Notes: a model not told the origin generated them from the letters alone. Shown: positions 28,757-39,349, counted from the first letter of the stretch. The stretch is 64,000 nucleotides of DNA from Candidatus Latescibacterota bacterium (GCA_965248755.1 OZ252149.1:32001-96000); one strand, 5' to 3'. Numbers and translations: made by a program.

Positions 28757-31567
28757 ATGTTCAAGACACACTTTTACATAGCGTTCTGGATGTTAGTCGC
28801 TTCCAATGCGCCTGTCTATGCACAGGAGCGGCCTGTTGTGACATCTATTAATCCCAGTTCCGGCCCGGAATTGAGGGCCACACTTGTGCGGATAAATGGG
28901 AGCAATTTCCAAGGGGGAGTTACTGTTACTTTCGGAGATATGCCAGCTACAGATGTGCGCCGCATAAGGTCCTCTATCGTTGATGCTAAGACTCCCGCTC
29001 ATCCTGCCGGCACTGTGGACGTGATAGTCACAAATCCTGACGGTCAGGCAAACACACTTGAGAACGGATTTACTTTTGCTGTTGCTCCTGTTGTGACATC
29101 TATTGATCCCACTTCTGGCAAAGAAATAGGTCTGACATCTGTGACGATAACAGGGAGCAATTTCCAGAGCGGAGCGACCGTTACTTTTAGTGGTAGAGCA
29201 GCCACAAATGTGGTCGTAGTGTCCCCTACTGTCATCACCGCTATGACTCCCTCTCATCCTCCTGCTGGCACTGTAGATGTGACAGTCACAAATCCCGACC
29301 GTGGGGCAGGTACACTTGAGAATGGGTTTACCTTCCCCTTTGTTTCTGCTCCTGTTGTAACATCTATTGATCCCACTTCTGGCAAAGAAATAGGTCTGAC
29401 ATCTGTGACGATAACAGGGAGCAATTTCCAGAGCGGAGCGACTGTTACTGTTGGTGGTAGATCAGCTACAAACGTGGTCGTAGTGTCCCCTACTGTCATC
29501 ACCGCAACGGTTCCCTCTCATTCTGCTGGCACTGTAGATGTGACAGTCACAAATCCGGACCGTCAGTCAGGTACACTTGAGGATGGGTTTACCTTCCCCG
29601 TTTTTGCTGCTCCTGTTGTGACATCTATTGATCCCACTTCTGGCAAAGAAATAGGTCTGACATCTGTGACGATAACAGGGAGCAATTTCCAGAGCGGAGC
29701 GACTGTTACTGTTGGTGGTAGAGCACCCTCAAATGTGGTCGTAGTGTCCCCTACTGTCATCACCGCAACGGTTCCTTCTCATTCTGCTGGCACTGTAGAT
29801 GTCATAGTCACAAATCCGGACGGTCTGTCAGGTACACTTGAGGATGGGTTTACGTTCCCCGTTTTTGCCGCTCCTGTTGTGACATCTATCAATTCCACTT
29901 CTGGCCCACGAAGAGGTGGGAGACCTGTAACGATAGAGGGGAGCAATTTCCAGAGTGGAGCGACCCTTGTCTTTGGCGGCAGCAGTGCCACAACGGTGGT
30001 CGTAGAGTCCCCCACTGTCATCAGCGCTATGACGCCCTCTCGCAGGGATGGCACTGTGGATGTGACAATCAGAAATCCTGACGGACAGGCAGGTACACTT
30101 GAGGATGGGTATACCTTCTCCGACGCCCAGGAGTTGGCAGTGCGCGAGTTGCGACAGGTCTTTGCGGCGAACCTCTTCGTCGAACCGGTGCTTCTGACAC
30201 ACGCAGGAGACGGGAGCGACCGCATCTTCGTCGTCGAGTTGGCTGGTCGCATCAAAGTCATGCCGAACCGGGACGACGCGGTGGCGACCGATTTTGTCGA
30301 CATAAGGGATCGGGTGACCTACAGAGAGAATTCATCAGGGCTGCTCAGCGTGACCTTTCATCCGGAACACCGCACCAATGGGTTATTTTATGTATTCTAC
30401 AGTCGCGTCGACAGTGGCGGCAGTCTCTATTCACGACTATCCGAATTCCGTGTGTCCACCGATCCGAATGTCGCTGATGTAAACAGCGAACGCGTCCTGT
30501 TAGAGGTGCCCCAGACCGGCTTCCAGCACAACGGCGACCATCTCGCCTTCGGCCCCGACGGCATGCTCTACATGAGTCAGGGCACCGGGGGGGTGCCGGA
30601 GCAATTTCTGACCGCTCAGGATCCCACTAACTTGAAGGGCTCGATGCTACGCATCGACGTGGACGCACGCTCGGCGGGCCTGGAGTACGGTATCCCGCCT
30701 GACAATCCGTTCGTCGGCAACAGTCAGGATTGGCGCGAAGAGATCTGGGCATACGGCCTGCGCAACCCCTGGCGCTTCAGCTTCGACAGGAGAAGCGGTC
30801 TGCTGTGGTTGGGAGACGTCGCGTGGGGTTTGTGGGAGGAGATCGTTATCATCGAAAAGGGCGCCAACTACGGCTGGCCCACGATGGGGGGATCTCAGTG
30901 CAACTCCAGTCTTTCACGAAACACTGCAATAGCTGGCTGCGACAGGGAAGGCCTTACCCTGCCCGCGTTCGAGTACGGTCACAGTGACGGTACCGGTGCC
31001 TCGGTTACGGGCGGATACGTCTATCGCGGCGCCCGTCTGAGCGGGTTATACGGAGTCTATATCTACGGCGATTTCGTATTCAAGAGAATTTGGGGCCTGC
31101 GCTACGAAGAAGGTGAGGTGCGCTCTAACGACCTGATTGCCACCTCTCCGGCGGCCATCGTTAGCTTCGGCGAAGACGAGAGCGGGGAGGTTTACATCGT
31201 GGGATTCGACGATGGGCGGATCTACGCATTTGAGCCGCTGCCGGGTGAGATGCCGACCGTAGTCCTATCAGAAGAGAGCGAACTGCCCCGAGCACACGCG
31301 CTGCACCAGAACTATCCCAATCCGTTTAATCCCCAGACAGTGATCCATTACGATCTTCCTGTTGGAGACCACGTTGATGTATCTATCTTCAATCTCATGG
31401 GACAGAAGGTTGCAACATTGGTAGATGACCACAGATCGGCTGGTAGCTACTCTTTAGTATGGGATGGCAAAGATGATAATCAAAAGAACCTTGCCAGCGG
31501 AGTCTATTTCTATCGGATGGAGACGGATGGATTCGTGCAGACAAGAAAGATGATCCTAACGAGGTAA
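28757..31567 (+). CDS. Secreted protein: 5x IPT/TIG, glucose/sorbosone dehydrogenase (PQQ-type beta-propeller), FlgD/T9SS-type CTD
   Basis: Signal peptide; five PVVTSI.P.SG...GSNFQ...VTNPD repeats; QHNGDHLAFGPDG, EIWAYGLRNPWRFSFD, SVTGGYVYRG; QNYPNPFNP...TRKMILTR. Confidence 0.92.
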   Translation: MFKTHFYIAFWMLVASNAPVYAQERPVVTSINPSSGPELRATLVRINGSNFQGGVTVTFGDMPATDVRRIRSSIVDAKTPAHPAGTVDVIVTNPDGQANTLENGFTFAVAPVVTSIDPTSGKEIGLTSVTITGSNFQSGATVTFSGRAATNVVVVSPTVITAMTPSHPPAGTVDVTVTNPDRGAGTLENGFTFPFVSAPVVTSIDPTSGKEIGLTSVTITGSNFQSGATVTVGGRSATNVVVVSPTVITATVPSHSAGTVDVTVTNPDRQSGTLEDGFTFPVFAAPVVTSIDPTSGKEIGLTSVTITGSNFQSGATVTVGGRAPSNVVVVSPTVITATVPSHSAGTVDVIVTNPDGLSGTLEDGFTFPVFAAPVVTSINSTSGPRRGGRPVTIEGSNFQSGATLVFGGSSATTVVVESPTVISAMTPSRRDGTVDVTIRNPDGQAGTLEDGYTFSDAQELAVRELRQVFAANLFVEPVLLTHAGDGSDRIFVVELAGRIKVMPNRDDAVATDFVDIRDRVTYRENSSGLLSVTFHPEHRTNGLFYVFYSRVDSGGSLYSRLSEFRVSTDPNVADVNSERVLLEVPQTGFQHNGDHLAFGPDGMLYMSQGTGGVPEQFLTAQDPTNLKGSMLRIDVDARSAGLEYGIPPDNPFVGNSQDWREEIWAYGLRNPWRFSFDRRSGLLWLGDVAWGLWEEIVIIEKGANYGWPTMGGSQCNSSLSRNTAIAGCDREGLTLPAFEYGHSDGTGASVTGGYVYRGARLSGLYGVYIYGDFVFKRIWGLRYEEGEVRSNDLIATSPAAIVSFGEDESGEVYIVGFDDGRIYAFEPLPGEMPTVVLSEESELPRAHALHQNYPNPFNPQTVIHYDLPVGDHVDVSIFNLMGQKVATLVDDHRSAGSYSLVWDGKDDNQKNLASGVYFYRMETDGFVQTRKMILTR
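29084..30120 (+). repeat. Intragenic tandem IPT/TIG DNA repeats
   Basis: Units start at 29084, 29348, 29609 and 29870 (period 264/261/261 bp); the first three are near-identical. Confidence 0.9.
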
Positions 31568-31591
31568 TACAGTTCCCTGTAGTGAAAGGAG

Positions 31592-33004
31592 ATGGCAACC
31601 ATGCTGAAGACACGCTTTTGCATATTAGTTTGGCTGTTAGTCGCTTTGAATGCGACTGTCTATGCACAGGATGAACCTCCTGTCGTGAGCTCTATTATTC
31701 CCAATACCGGCCCGGAATTGAGGGCCACACTTGTGCGGATAAATGGGAGCAATTTCCAAGGGGGAGTTACTGTTACTTTCGGAGATATGCAAGCTACAGA
31801 ATTGCGCCAGCATAGGTCCTCTATCGTTGATGTTAAGACTCCCGCTCATCCTGCCGGTACTGTGGATGTAACAGTTACCAATCCCGACGGTCAGGCAGAC
31901 ACTACTGAGAACGGATTTACTTTTGTCCCTGCCCTTTTTGGAATCAAAACAGACTATCATGTTGATGGTTCTGTTAATTCAGTCTTCGGTGCGGATTTGG
32001 ATGGTGATGGAGATAATGATCTGGCTGTGGCTAATTTGGACAGATTCAACGTAGGAACTACTGTATCAGTGTTGTTGAATAATGGGAATGGGACATTTGC
32101 ACCCGGGGTGGACTACGCCGTCGGGGATGGTCCCAGTTCGGTGTTCATTTCAGATTTAGATAGGGATGGAGATAATGACTTAGCTGTGGCTAATCAGAAC
32201 AGCGGTACTGTATCAGTATTGTTAAATAATGGCGATGGTACATTTGTATCCGGAGGGGACTATGGTGTTGGGAGTGGTCCCGAATCAGTCTTCAGTGCTG
32301 ATTTAGATGGGGATGGAGATAATGACCTGGCTGTGGCTAATCTGAGCAGCGGTACTGTATCAGTGTTATTAAATAATGGGAATGGGATATTTGCACCCAA
32401 GATGGACTATGACCCAGGCAATAGTCCCAATTCAGTATTCATTGCAGATTTAGATGGAGATGGAGATAATGACATAGTTACGTCTGCAACTCCCAATGTA
32501 TCAGTGTTGATGAACAATGGAGATGGAACATTTGCACCCAGGGTAGACCATAGGACTGGGGGTCGTCTCCTTTCAGTCTTCAGTGCTGATTTAGATGGAG
32601 ATGGAGATAATGACCTGGCTGTGGGTGGTGGGAGCGGTGGTGTATACGTGTTGTTGAATCTCTCTCCTCTACGAGATGGCGACAGTGCTGTAATCGAGTA
32701 TGAAGAACGATCATCAGAAATTCCTGAGACTTACGCCCTCTCGCAGAATTATCCGAATCCATTCAACCCCCAGACAGTGATTCATTACAACCTTCCTGTT
32801 GGGGGCCACGTTGAGCTATCTGTCTTCAATTTACTGGGACAGAAGGTTGCAACATTGGTGGATGGCCACAGAACAGCAGGCAGTTACTCTGTAGTCTGGG
32901 ATGGCAAAGATGATAATCAAAAGAGCCTGGCAAGCGGAGTGTACCTCTATCGGATGGAGACGGATGGATTTGTGCAGACCAGGAAGCTCTTATTACTGAG
33001 GTGA
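31592..33004 (+). CDS. Secreted protein: IPT/TIG, FG-GAP/VCBS repeats, FlgD/T9SS-type CTD
   Basis: Signal peptide, one IPT domain, five (A/S)DLD(G/R)DGDND repeats, QNYPNPFNP...TRKLLLLR. Confidence 0.92.
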   Translation: MATMLKTRFCILVWLLVALNATVYAQDEPPVVSSIIPNTGPELRATLVRINGSNFQGGVTVTFGDMQATELRQHRSSIVDVKTPAHPAGTVDVTVTNPDGQADTTENGFTFVPALFGIKTDYHVDGSVNSVFGADLDGDGDNDLAVANLDRFNVGTTVSVLLNNGNGTFAPGVDYAVGDGPSSVFISDLDRDGDNDLAVANQNSGTVSVLLNNGDGTFVSGGDYGVGSGPESVFSADLDGDGDNDLAVANLSSGTVSVLLNNGNGIFAPKMDYDPGNSPNSVFIADLDGDGDNDIVTSATPNVSVLMNNGDGTFAPRVDHRTGGRLLSVFSADLDGDGDNDLAVGGGSGGVYVLLNLSPLRDGDSAVIEYEERSSEIPETYALSQNYPNPFNPQTVIHYNLPVGGHVELSVFNLLGQKVATLVDGHRTAGSYSVVWDGKDDNQKSLASGVYLYRMETDGFVQTRKLLLLR

Positions 33005-33144
33005 GACCTATAACTTAATGTTGTAGAAGTAGATCCCAATGGTCACATCCATCACCGGAGGCGGCCAACTGTGATGGGTATACTAGTTCTGCCGTTCTAG
33101 TAGGGGCACATAGAGAAGGTGTTCGTGCTCTCTGTATTTTGAAT

Positions 33145-33981
33145 CTATCGGAGGCTACTGTCTACTTCTGGAAAGCCGTAAGGCCCCTCCAGGAAATTTC
33201 CGGGAGTGGGCCAACCCTGTCCGCCCATGAAGCGGAACTGGTCGTGCTTTCCACACAACCAGAAGAACATTTCTGCACTATCGGTGCAATCCCGGAATTG
33301 CTGCCGGAAAGTGGGGCTGTCAAGGGTATAGTCTGCGGTGGCGAAATCGAAATTCGGCTCAATCATCCAATCCCGTTGCGGAGGCACAGTTCTCCAATAG
33401 TTATACTTCAACATGTTTCGGAGGCCATGGGCAGTAGAGACAGAGCGACGGTGCCAGATCGAATAGACAGTAATGAAGATTGAACCGGCAGGTGCAGCAG
33501 CACCGAACGTGCCCAAAATGTTCCTGTAGTGTCCCATCAAAGTAGCCTGGGTGAAGAGAAAATGAGAGCCGGGCAGCAGCTCGGTTGGTCCCATCTCTTT
33601 CGGACAGTCCTGTGGATAATAGAAGACCTGTAAGTAATTCAGCGCCGGACCGTACTTCGAGCCACCGTCCCGGTGCCACTCCTGCGTCGGAAGAGGGGTC
33701 CTGACTCGATGATTGCTCATCAAGATCGGCAGGCCAAAATCGTCACCCAACAACGACCGAACCGCACCAGCTGCCTCTCGATTGAGAATTACATTGTCCA
33801 CAAACCAATCCTCCCTGAGGATTTCGGTCGGTTCTTTTGACGTATGTGTTTCGAGAAAATCAAATGTTCTTTGATTAATATCGTCCGGGACAACACCCTC
33901 CAGCATAAGGAAGCCCCTCTTGCAGAACTCCAGCACCTGTGTGTCAGTTAGCGTGGGCTGACAGTCATGTGTTCTCACCAC
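33145..33981 (-). CDS. Phytanoyl-CoA dioxygenase (PhyH) family protein
   Basis: FCKRGFLMLEGVV, WHRDG, GPTELLPGSH, SIWHRR. Confidence 0.87.
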   Translation of the reverse strand: MVRTHDCQPTLTDTQVLEFCKRGFLMLEGVVPDDINQRTFDFLETHTSKEPTEILREDWFVDNVILNREAAGAVRSLLGDDFGLPILMSNHRVRTPLPTQEWHRDGGSKYGPALNYLQVFYYPQDCPKEMGPTELLPGSHFLFTQATLMGHYRNILGTFGAAAPAGSIFITVYSIWHRRSVSTAHGLRNMLKYNYWRTVPPQRDWMIEPNFDFATADYTLDSPTFRQQFRDCTDSAEMFFWLCGKHDQFRFMGGQGWPTPGNFLEGPYGFPEVDSSLR

Positions 33982-34360
33982 TTTCTACCTCCCATTTCTC
34001 CAGAATGAACTCACATCCGAGACCGTAGGTGCGTCCCTCGTCCATCATCAAAGCCAGATTGGGGAATTGGATCACCCTCCAGCCATCTCGGATCGCATCG
34101 AGTACAGTTTGGTAAGGCCAGTCTTTCGGATCCGACGTTCCTTCGGACATCTCACCGTTTTGCACCATCAACATGCCGTAAACAGTGGAGTTCAAGGAAG
34201 TACTTGAGGTCTGAAGGTAGAGCAAATCCTGCCGTATTGAGCTTGTCTGGTCGAGGATTTCGAGGATGCGGCAGAGACTCGCCTCGGTAAGTTTGCCCCT
34301 TTGGAACTCCTCGACGCATCGCTCCACCTGATCTTTAACTATCGCTCTCATCGTAGTCAC
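33965..34360 (-). CDS. Hypothetical protein coupled to the PhyH gene
   Basis: 131 aa; overlaps the phyH start; WPYQTVLDAIRDGWRVIQFP motif. Confidence 0.65.
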   Translation of the reverse strand: MTTMRAIVKDQVERCVEEFQRGKLTEASLCRILEILDQTSSIRQDLLYLQTSSTSLNSTVYGMLMVQNGEMSEGTSDPKDWPYQTVLDAIRDGWRVIQFPNLALMMDEGRTYGLGCEFILEKWEVESGENT

Positions 34361-34445
34361 TCCCGGGAATGAGGAACATCCATTTGATTAGTAGAGAACA
34401 TATAGGGAGGAGAGGAAGTGTGCTGTCCACTATCAACTTTACGTT

Positions 34446-35594
34446 CTACCAGTTGGTGTAAGATCCATCCCGCCGATGCAGATGGGGCCCCTCCCAGAAC
34501 TTGAACGTCTCCTCAGCCATATCCTCGTTGAATTCGACGCCAAGACCCGGTCCCTTTGGCACAGGAAAATGGTTACCGTCTAATTCAGCCTGAAGGGGGA
34601 AAAGATCCGCATCAATGGAATAATCACGGGCGAGCACTTCCAGCCATGCAAAGTTGGGAACGGCGGCGGAAAAGTGGATGTGAGCGGCGGTGCTTATAGG
34701 ACTGAGAGGATTGTGAGGCATAAGGTCAATGTAGTGGGCCTCACACCAACCGGCCACTTTCATAGCCTCGGTGAAGCCTCCCACATTACAGATGTCTATG
34801 CGCGCAAAATTGGTCAAGTTGCGCTCGATGAACGGCAGAGACACCCATTTGCTTGAGAACTCTTCCCCGATAGCAAAGGGCACCGAGGTCATCTGACGGA
34901 GCATCGCATACGCATCGGGACTTTCATCACGGATCGGTTCCTCCAAAAAGTCCAGAGTCCCGGCAGGGAGCATCTGGCAAAAGGAAGCCGCCTCCGCAAG
35001 GCTGAGGCGATGGTGGTAGTCGATACCCAACACTGGAGCATTGCCCAAGGCCTCCCGAACCTTGATCAACCATTCCGCAGTGAGTGCGATCGACTCTCGC
35101 GGTTCATAAAGAAGATCATCACCACCTGTATCCGGGTGACCGGGGACAAACCTGATGACGTTCCATCCCTCCTTGACCAGGAGCTTGGCGTCCTTTACAA
35201 CCTCTGGCCCCATCATAGAGGCGCTCGATGTAACAAAACAAGGTACAAAGTCCCGCTGCGCCCCTCCTAAAAGCTGATAGACAGGTACCCCTAACTTCCT
35301 GGCGACTAAGTCGTGGAGAGCGATGTCAACGGCGGATATGGCCGCCGTAAGGACGCGTCCACCTTCAAAGTACTGCCCGCGGTACATCTCCTGCCAGAGC
35401 GCCCCGATGCGCATCGGATCCTTGCCGATCAAGAACTCGCGAAAGTGTGCTATGGCACCCTTTACGGCCAACTCGCGCGCGGAGATCCCCGATTCTCCCC
35501 AGCCGTAATATCCCTCGTCAGTCTCAATCTTTAAGACGAACGAATTCCTGGGACCGGACCACACGGGATATGATTTCACATCAGTAATTTTCAT
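34446..35594 (-). CDS. Mandelate racemase/muconate lactonizing enzyme family (DgoD-like acid-sugar dehydratase)
   Basis: MKITDVK, GYYGWGE, ISAVDIALHD, IDYH, FLEEP, IGEE, PHNP, PGLGVE. Confidence 0.9.
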   Translation of the reverse strand: MKITDVKSYPVWSGPRNSFVLKIETDEGYYGWGESGISARELAVKGAIAHFREFLIGKDPMRIGALWQEMYRGQYFEGGRVLTAAISAVDIALHDLVARKLGVPVYQLLGGAQRDFVPCFVTSSASMMGPEVVKDAKLLVKEGWNVIRFVPGHPDTGGDDLLYEPRESIALTAEWLIKVREALGNAPVLGIDYHHRLSLAEAASFCQMLPAGTLDFLEEPIRDESPDAYAMLRQMTSVPFAIGEEFSSKWVSLPFIERNLTNFARIDICNVGGFTEAMKVAGWCEAHYIDLMPHNPLSPISTAAHIHFSAAVPNFAWLEVLARDYSIDADLFPLQAELDGNHFPVPKGPGLGVEFNEDMAEETFKFWEGPHLHRRDGSYTNW

Positions 35595-35717
35595 CCGTTT
35601 CTCCTAAAGCCTGTCCCGACTGAACCCCTGATCCCCGATTGAGTCTACCGGGGATTCAATTGGGGGTCGGGGACTCGTCTACTGGCCGAACACATGCGTT
35701 AACCCTCAAATAGATAT

Positions 35718-35742
35718 GTAGGGGCATAACCCGTGTATGCCC
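35718..35742 (+). repeat. GTAG-type REP element
   Basis: GTAGGGGCATA-acccgtg-TATGCCC. Confidence 0.7.
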
Positions 35743-35759
35743 ATCAATCATGTTGACCC

Positions 35760-36650
35760 TCATCCTCTGCCCGGGAAGGTAAGTTCGGCGATCCCTGACT
35801 TGTCCAGTTCGCCCTTTCCGATCTGGATCATCCGCTCGTACTGCCGCTTCGTCGCATCAGCTAAAGGCAGATTCAGACCTGCGGCCCTGGCAAGTTCAAG
35901 TGCGATTCCGGAATCCTTTGCAGCGTGGGCCGCCGAGAAATAGCACTCGTGATCCCGGTTTTGCATATCCTCTCCATCTGTCTCCAGGACCCGCGAATTA
36001 GCCCCGGTCTGCGAAAATACCTCCTGCAGCATCGTCAGGTCAATCCCCAATGCGGCTCCTAATCCCAGCCCTTCAGACAGCCCCGCTGTGTTGATGTTCA
36101 TCACCATATTCACCAGTGCTTTGACCTCGGCCGCCTTGCCAGACCTCCCGATATATCTCAATTCGGTGCTCATTGCCTCCAAAATCGGCTCGGCCTTCTC
36201 GAACACGTCCCTCTTTCCTCCACACATCAGGTAGAGCGTTCCCTCCAGTGCCTGCGTGATGCTGCTGGCCATACAGCTTTCGATGCTCTGCGCCCCGACA
36301 CCCTCTGCGAGCGCCTCGACCTCGATATGCACCTGTGGAGTAATTGTGGCACAGTTGATAAACAGCTTGCCCTCGGCGCCTTGAAGTAGGCTGTCACCCT
36401 GTTGTGTAAAGATAGTCCGCATGGAGTCGTCGTCGTTGACCACAGTGATAATATAATCCGCTAAACTTGTGACTCCACTGAGCGTATCGGACACCTCTGT
36501 CCCAAGTTCCTTGGCTAATGCTTTTGCAACATCCGAACGGATATCGTAGACTACTGTTACCGAAAAACCCCTATTCTTGAGGTGACGTGCGATATTGGCT
36601 CCCATCCGACCCACGCCGACAACGCCGATTTTATAATCTGAATTTGGCAT
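35760..36650 (-). CDS. NAD(P)-dependent oxidoreductase, 3-hydroxyisobutyrate dehydrogenase family
   Basis: GVVGVGRMG, LMCGG, VKALVN, AAKDSGIA. Confidence 0.9.
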   Translation of the reverse strand: MPNSDYKIGVVGVGRMGANIARHLKNRGFSVTVVYDIRSDVAKALAKELGTEVSDTLSGVTSLADYIITVVNDDDSMRTIFTQQGDSLLQGAEGKLFINCATITPQVHIEVEALAEGVGAQSIESCMASSITQALEGTLYLMCGGKRDVFEKAEPILEAMSTELRYIGRSGKAAEVKALVNMVMNINTAGLSEGLGLGAALGIDLTMLQEVFSQTGANSRVLETDGEDMQNRDHECYFSAAHAAKDSGIALELARAAGLNLPLADATKRQYERMIQIGKGELDKSGIAELTFPGRG

Positions 36651-36894
36651 GACCTCCCCCTCTGAAATGGTAAGCGGCAGCTTCCTTTCGGCCTTCAGAC
36701 TCCTGACCGCTTGCGGAACAATTTAGGATAATACGCCTATAATAAGAAACGTTTATGCCCACCTGATGCAGAGGTATCTGGCTGTCCAGCCCAAATGTTG
36801 AAGACCGGTAGTAGAGGCGAGATTACCTCACCCCAGAGGTTGGGTAACGCAGCGCATACATTTATCTGTTATTACAATAATTTTGTGAAGACGT

Positions 36895-37124
36895 TCACAA
36901 CTCTCGAATACAGCTGTTGCGAAACAGACAGAACCATGATCGCACTGCAGCATCACGGGCCCCTTAGGAGGATTGTCGTCGCCCATTTGGCCCCCGGTTG
37001 AACCCTTGTTCCTCACGTTATCGTGAAGCTACTTCCCGTTCAACGTGACCCTCAGAGTCATCGCATAAAGCACAATATCCATTGTCTGCCACTCCCCCTC
37101 GGGCTTGCTCGCTTGCACATCGGG
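36895..37124 (-). pseudogene. DUF1080 (3-keto-disaccharide hydrolase) C-terminal remnant
   Basis: ASKPEGEWQTMDI...VTLNGK*LHDN...TGGQM...GPVMLQCDHGSV, with an internal stop and a frameshift. Confidence 0.7.
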
Positions 37125-37648
37125 CGAATTTTGCTAATGAAGGACACTAATTTCACAGGGGTATGCGATTCTTCGCCCGGTTAGTTAATCCTTTACAATT
37201 TCCTGGACGCGGAGTCAAGGGCTCGTAGATAGTCTATACGAGACTGGCATCTAATATAAAAGCAATACATTAGATACATTTGTCTCTGCATTTGAGCCCA
37301 ACGACAGCCTTTGCGTTGAAAACCAGATAGCTGTCACAGTGGTACGGTGCCGACGAAACCGTAGCCCAGAGTTAGACGGCGCTGCTCCGGGACCATATCC
37401 CAATCACGTGAGTTGTTATATATTTCCAGTAAAGGCGTTAAGCAGGAACTGGAAAGCAGAATGGGTAAGCTACCCGGCGGCTCGCGTGCTGAGACAGCAG
37501 CCGCTCAAGCCCTATCATAACTTAGCACGAAGAGACCTCCAACTGATGTCTTCATTACCGCTACTCTTAATCTTGGTTTCTCCCCGAATAAAATAAGGAG
37601 GCGATCTTTTCTGATCGCCCCCACCGGATTCAACGACGGCGCTTCCAT

Positions 37649-39349
37649 TTACTTTGTCCCAAGGGCAATTTTGAGGTTATCCTTCCGGATGCTGACCTGT
37701 GATTCGTATTTCTCTCTCAGTTCTTCCAAAAACTGCTCGAATATTTCCGACTCCCTCTCCTTCTTTATATTTACCCTAACACGCCTTTGGGCATCTGAAA
37801 AGGGCTCCCTCGGACGTCCTCTGGAAAGCACCTTGAATATGGAATAGCCACCCTTTAAGTTAACAGGACCCTTAAGTTCCCCTATCTGGGCATCCTCCGC
37901 AGCTTCCACTATGCCTCCGTAAAGTGACCTTTCGTAGGGATGAAAATGGAATCTGCCTTCTTCGTCCCGCTGCTCTGCAGGCCGTATAGAATGAGAGCTT
38001 GCAAGCTTGCCTAATGAAATACCTTTTTGGATCTGTTCCATAAGGCGGAGCGCCTCTTCCTCTGTCTCTACAAGTATCTCCTGTATGTCTATTTGCTCAG
38101 GGAGCAGATATTTATCAGGATTGCTGTCGTACTCCTGCCGTATCTCGTCATCGGTTATGTTTATCTTCCCTTCCAGCGCTTTTTTTCTAAGTTGCGACAT
38201 TAATAACTTCCTTCTCTTTTTCTCAAGCCATTTTACTGTATCTTCTTCCTTATCTATTCCAGCGCTAATAGCAGCTTCCATAATCATTATGTCGGGAATA
38301 ATTGCACGCTCTGCAAAGGAGACCAGCACTTCGCTATCTGTAAGATTAGGAAGCGCTTCTTTAGCAATAGCGATGATCACGTACATAAAGTCCCCTGAGG
38401 TTATCTTTCCCTTGTCATATCTGTAGACAACAATGTTCCGCTCATCCTCTGTTGCAAAAGATGCACCGGTGCGTAATCTTTCAACAAAAGCATTTAAGCC
38501 TTCCCGATCCAGTTCAAGGCGATATTTATTCTTGAGCTTTTCTACTAAAGCGGCTCTCTGCAGACTAAAACTCTGCCTATAGAGTTGGTCAGCAATCTCT
38601 GTTGCTATCTTTGGGTTAAGCTGGATGGTACTATCAGCGGTGACTTTGAAGATCGTATATCTACCTGCAACCTTTATGGGCTCTGATACTTCTCCCACCT
38701 CAAGAACAAATAATTTATTCCGAAGGAGCGGGATCATCATTTCACTGATTATGTAACGGCCTATATCCCCATCTCTACCAGCAGTAACTTCATTTATAGA
38801 CAACTTCCTGACGACCTCCTCAAAGCTTTTCCCCCTTTTGAGCTCTTCAAGAGCAGCCCTTGCCTTATCTTCACTGTCGACCGTTATATCGCTAAACCTG
38901 ATTGCCCTGGAAAAATGTGAGTTCTCAAAGAACTCCTGTACTTCCTCTTCTTTTATATCTATCTTTATCTCACTTTTTTGGAATGTACCCACAAGCCTTT
39001 TCTTCTTGGTCTGATGCAACTTACTCAAAGAGCCGAGGCTCTTATCAATTCCCTTGTTTCCCACCTCTATCATCATAAGCTTCATATCGATCATCGTCTG
39101 AAGATGTTCCTTTGCTTTTTCTATTGCTTCTTTCTTGTTCTGGAGATGTTCGGGGAGTTCGCCGCTAAATTCCTGCAACTTCCTTCCAGTTATCGTCTCA
39201 TCTGCCACCTGAGCGACTACCAGTTCCCCTTTCTCCTTACCGCAACTCATAAAGACACTCACAAGCCCGATCGAGAGCATACCAATCCCTGTAGCTTTTT
39301 TTACAACAGAGGCAATATTCAGTGTTACTGCAATTTTGCAACTGTTCAT
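37649..39349 (-). CDS. PpiC-type peptidyl-prolyl isomerase (PrsA/SurA-like), two rotamase domains, probable lipoprotein
   Basis: GKSFEEVVRKLS..DGDIG, VGEVSEPI; second domain ILVETEEEA..IGELKGPV..GYSIFKV; VFMSC lipobox; ATG 39349 with AAGGAG. Confidence 0.85.
   Translation of the reverse strand: MNSCKIAVTLNIASVVKKATGIGMLSIGLVSVFMSCGKEKGELVVAQVADETITGRKLQEFSGELPEHLQNKKEAIEKAKEHLQTMIDMKLMMIEVGNKGIDKSLGSLSKLHQTKKKRLVGTFQKSEIKIDIKEEEVQEFFENSHFSRAIRFSDITVDSEDKARAALEELKRGKSFEEVVRKLSINEVTAGRDGDIGRYIISEMMIPLLRNKLFVLEVGEVSEPIKVAGRYTIFKVTADSTIQLNPKIATEIADQLYRQSFSLQRAALVEKLKNKYRLELDREGLNAFVERLRTGASFATEDERNIVVYRYDKGKITSGDFMYVIIAIAKEALPNLTDSEVLVSFAERAIIPDIMIMEAAISAGIDKEEDTVKWLEKKRRKLLMSQLRKKALEGKINITDDEIRQEYDSNPDKYLLPEQIDIQEILVETEEEALRLMEQIQKGISLGKLASSHSIRPAEQRDEEGRFHFHPYERSLYGGIVEAAEDAQIGELKGPVNLKGGYSIFKVLSRGRPREPFSDAQRRVRVNIKKERESEIFEQFLEELREKYESQVSIRKDNLKIALGTK

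Noticed and set aside
37260..37625. Possible ncRNA or small ORF downstream of the PPIase gene
   Set aside because: No recognisable RNA family or protein motif; only a short GGCGATC/GATCGCC hairpin that may be a terminator.
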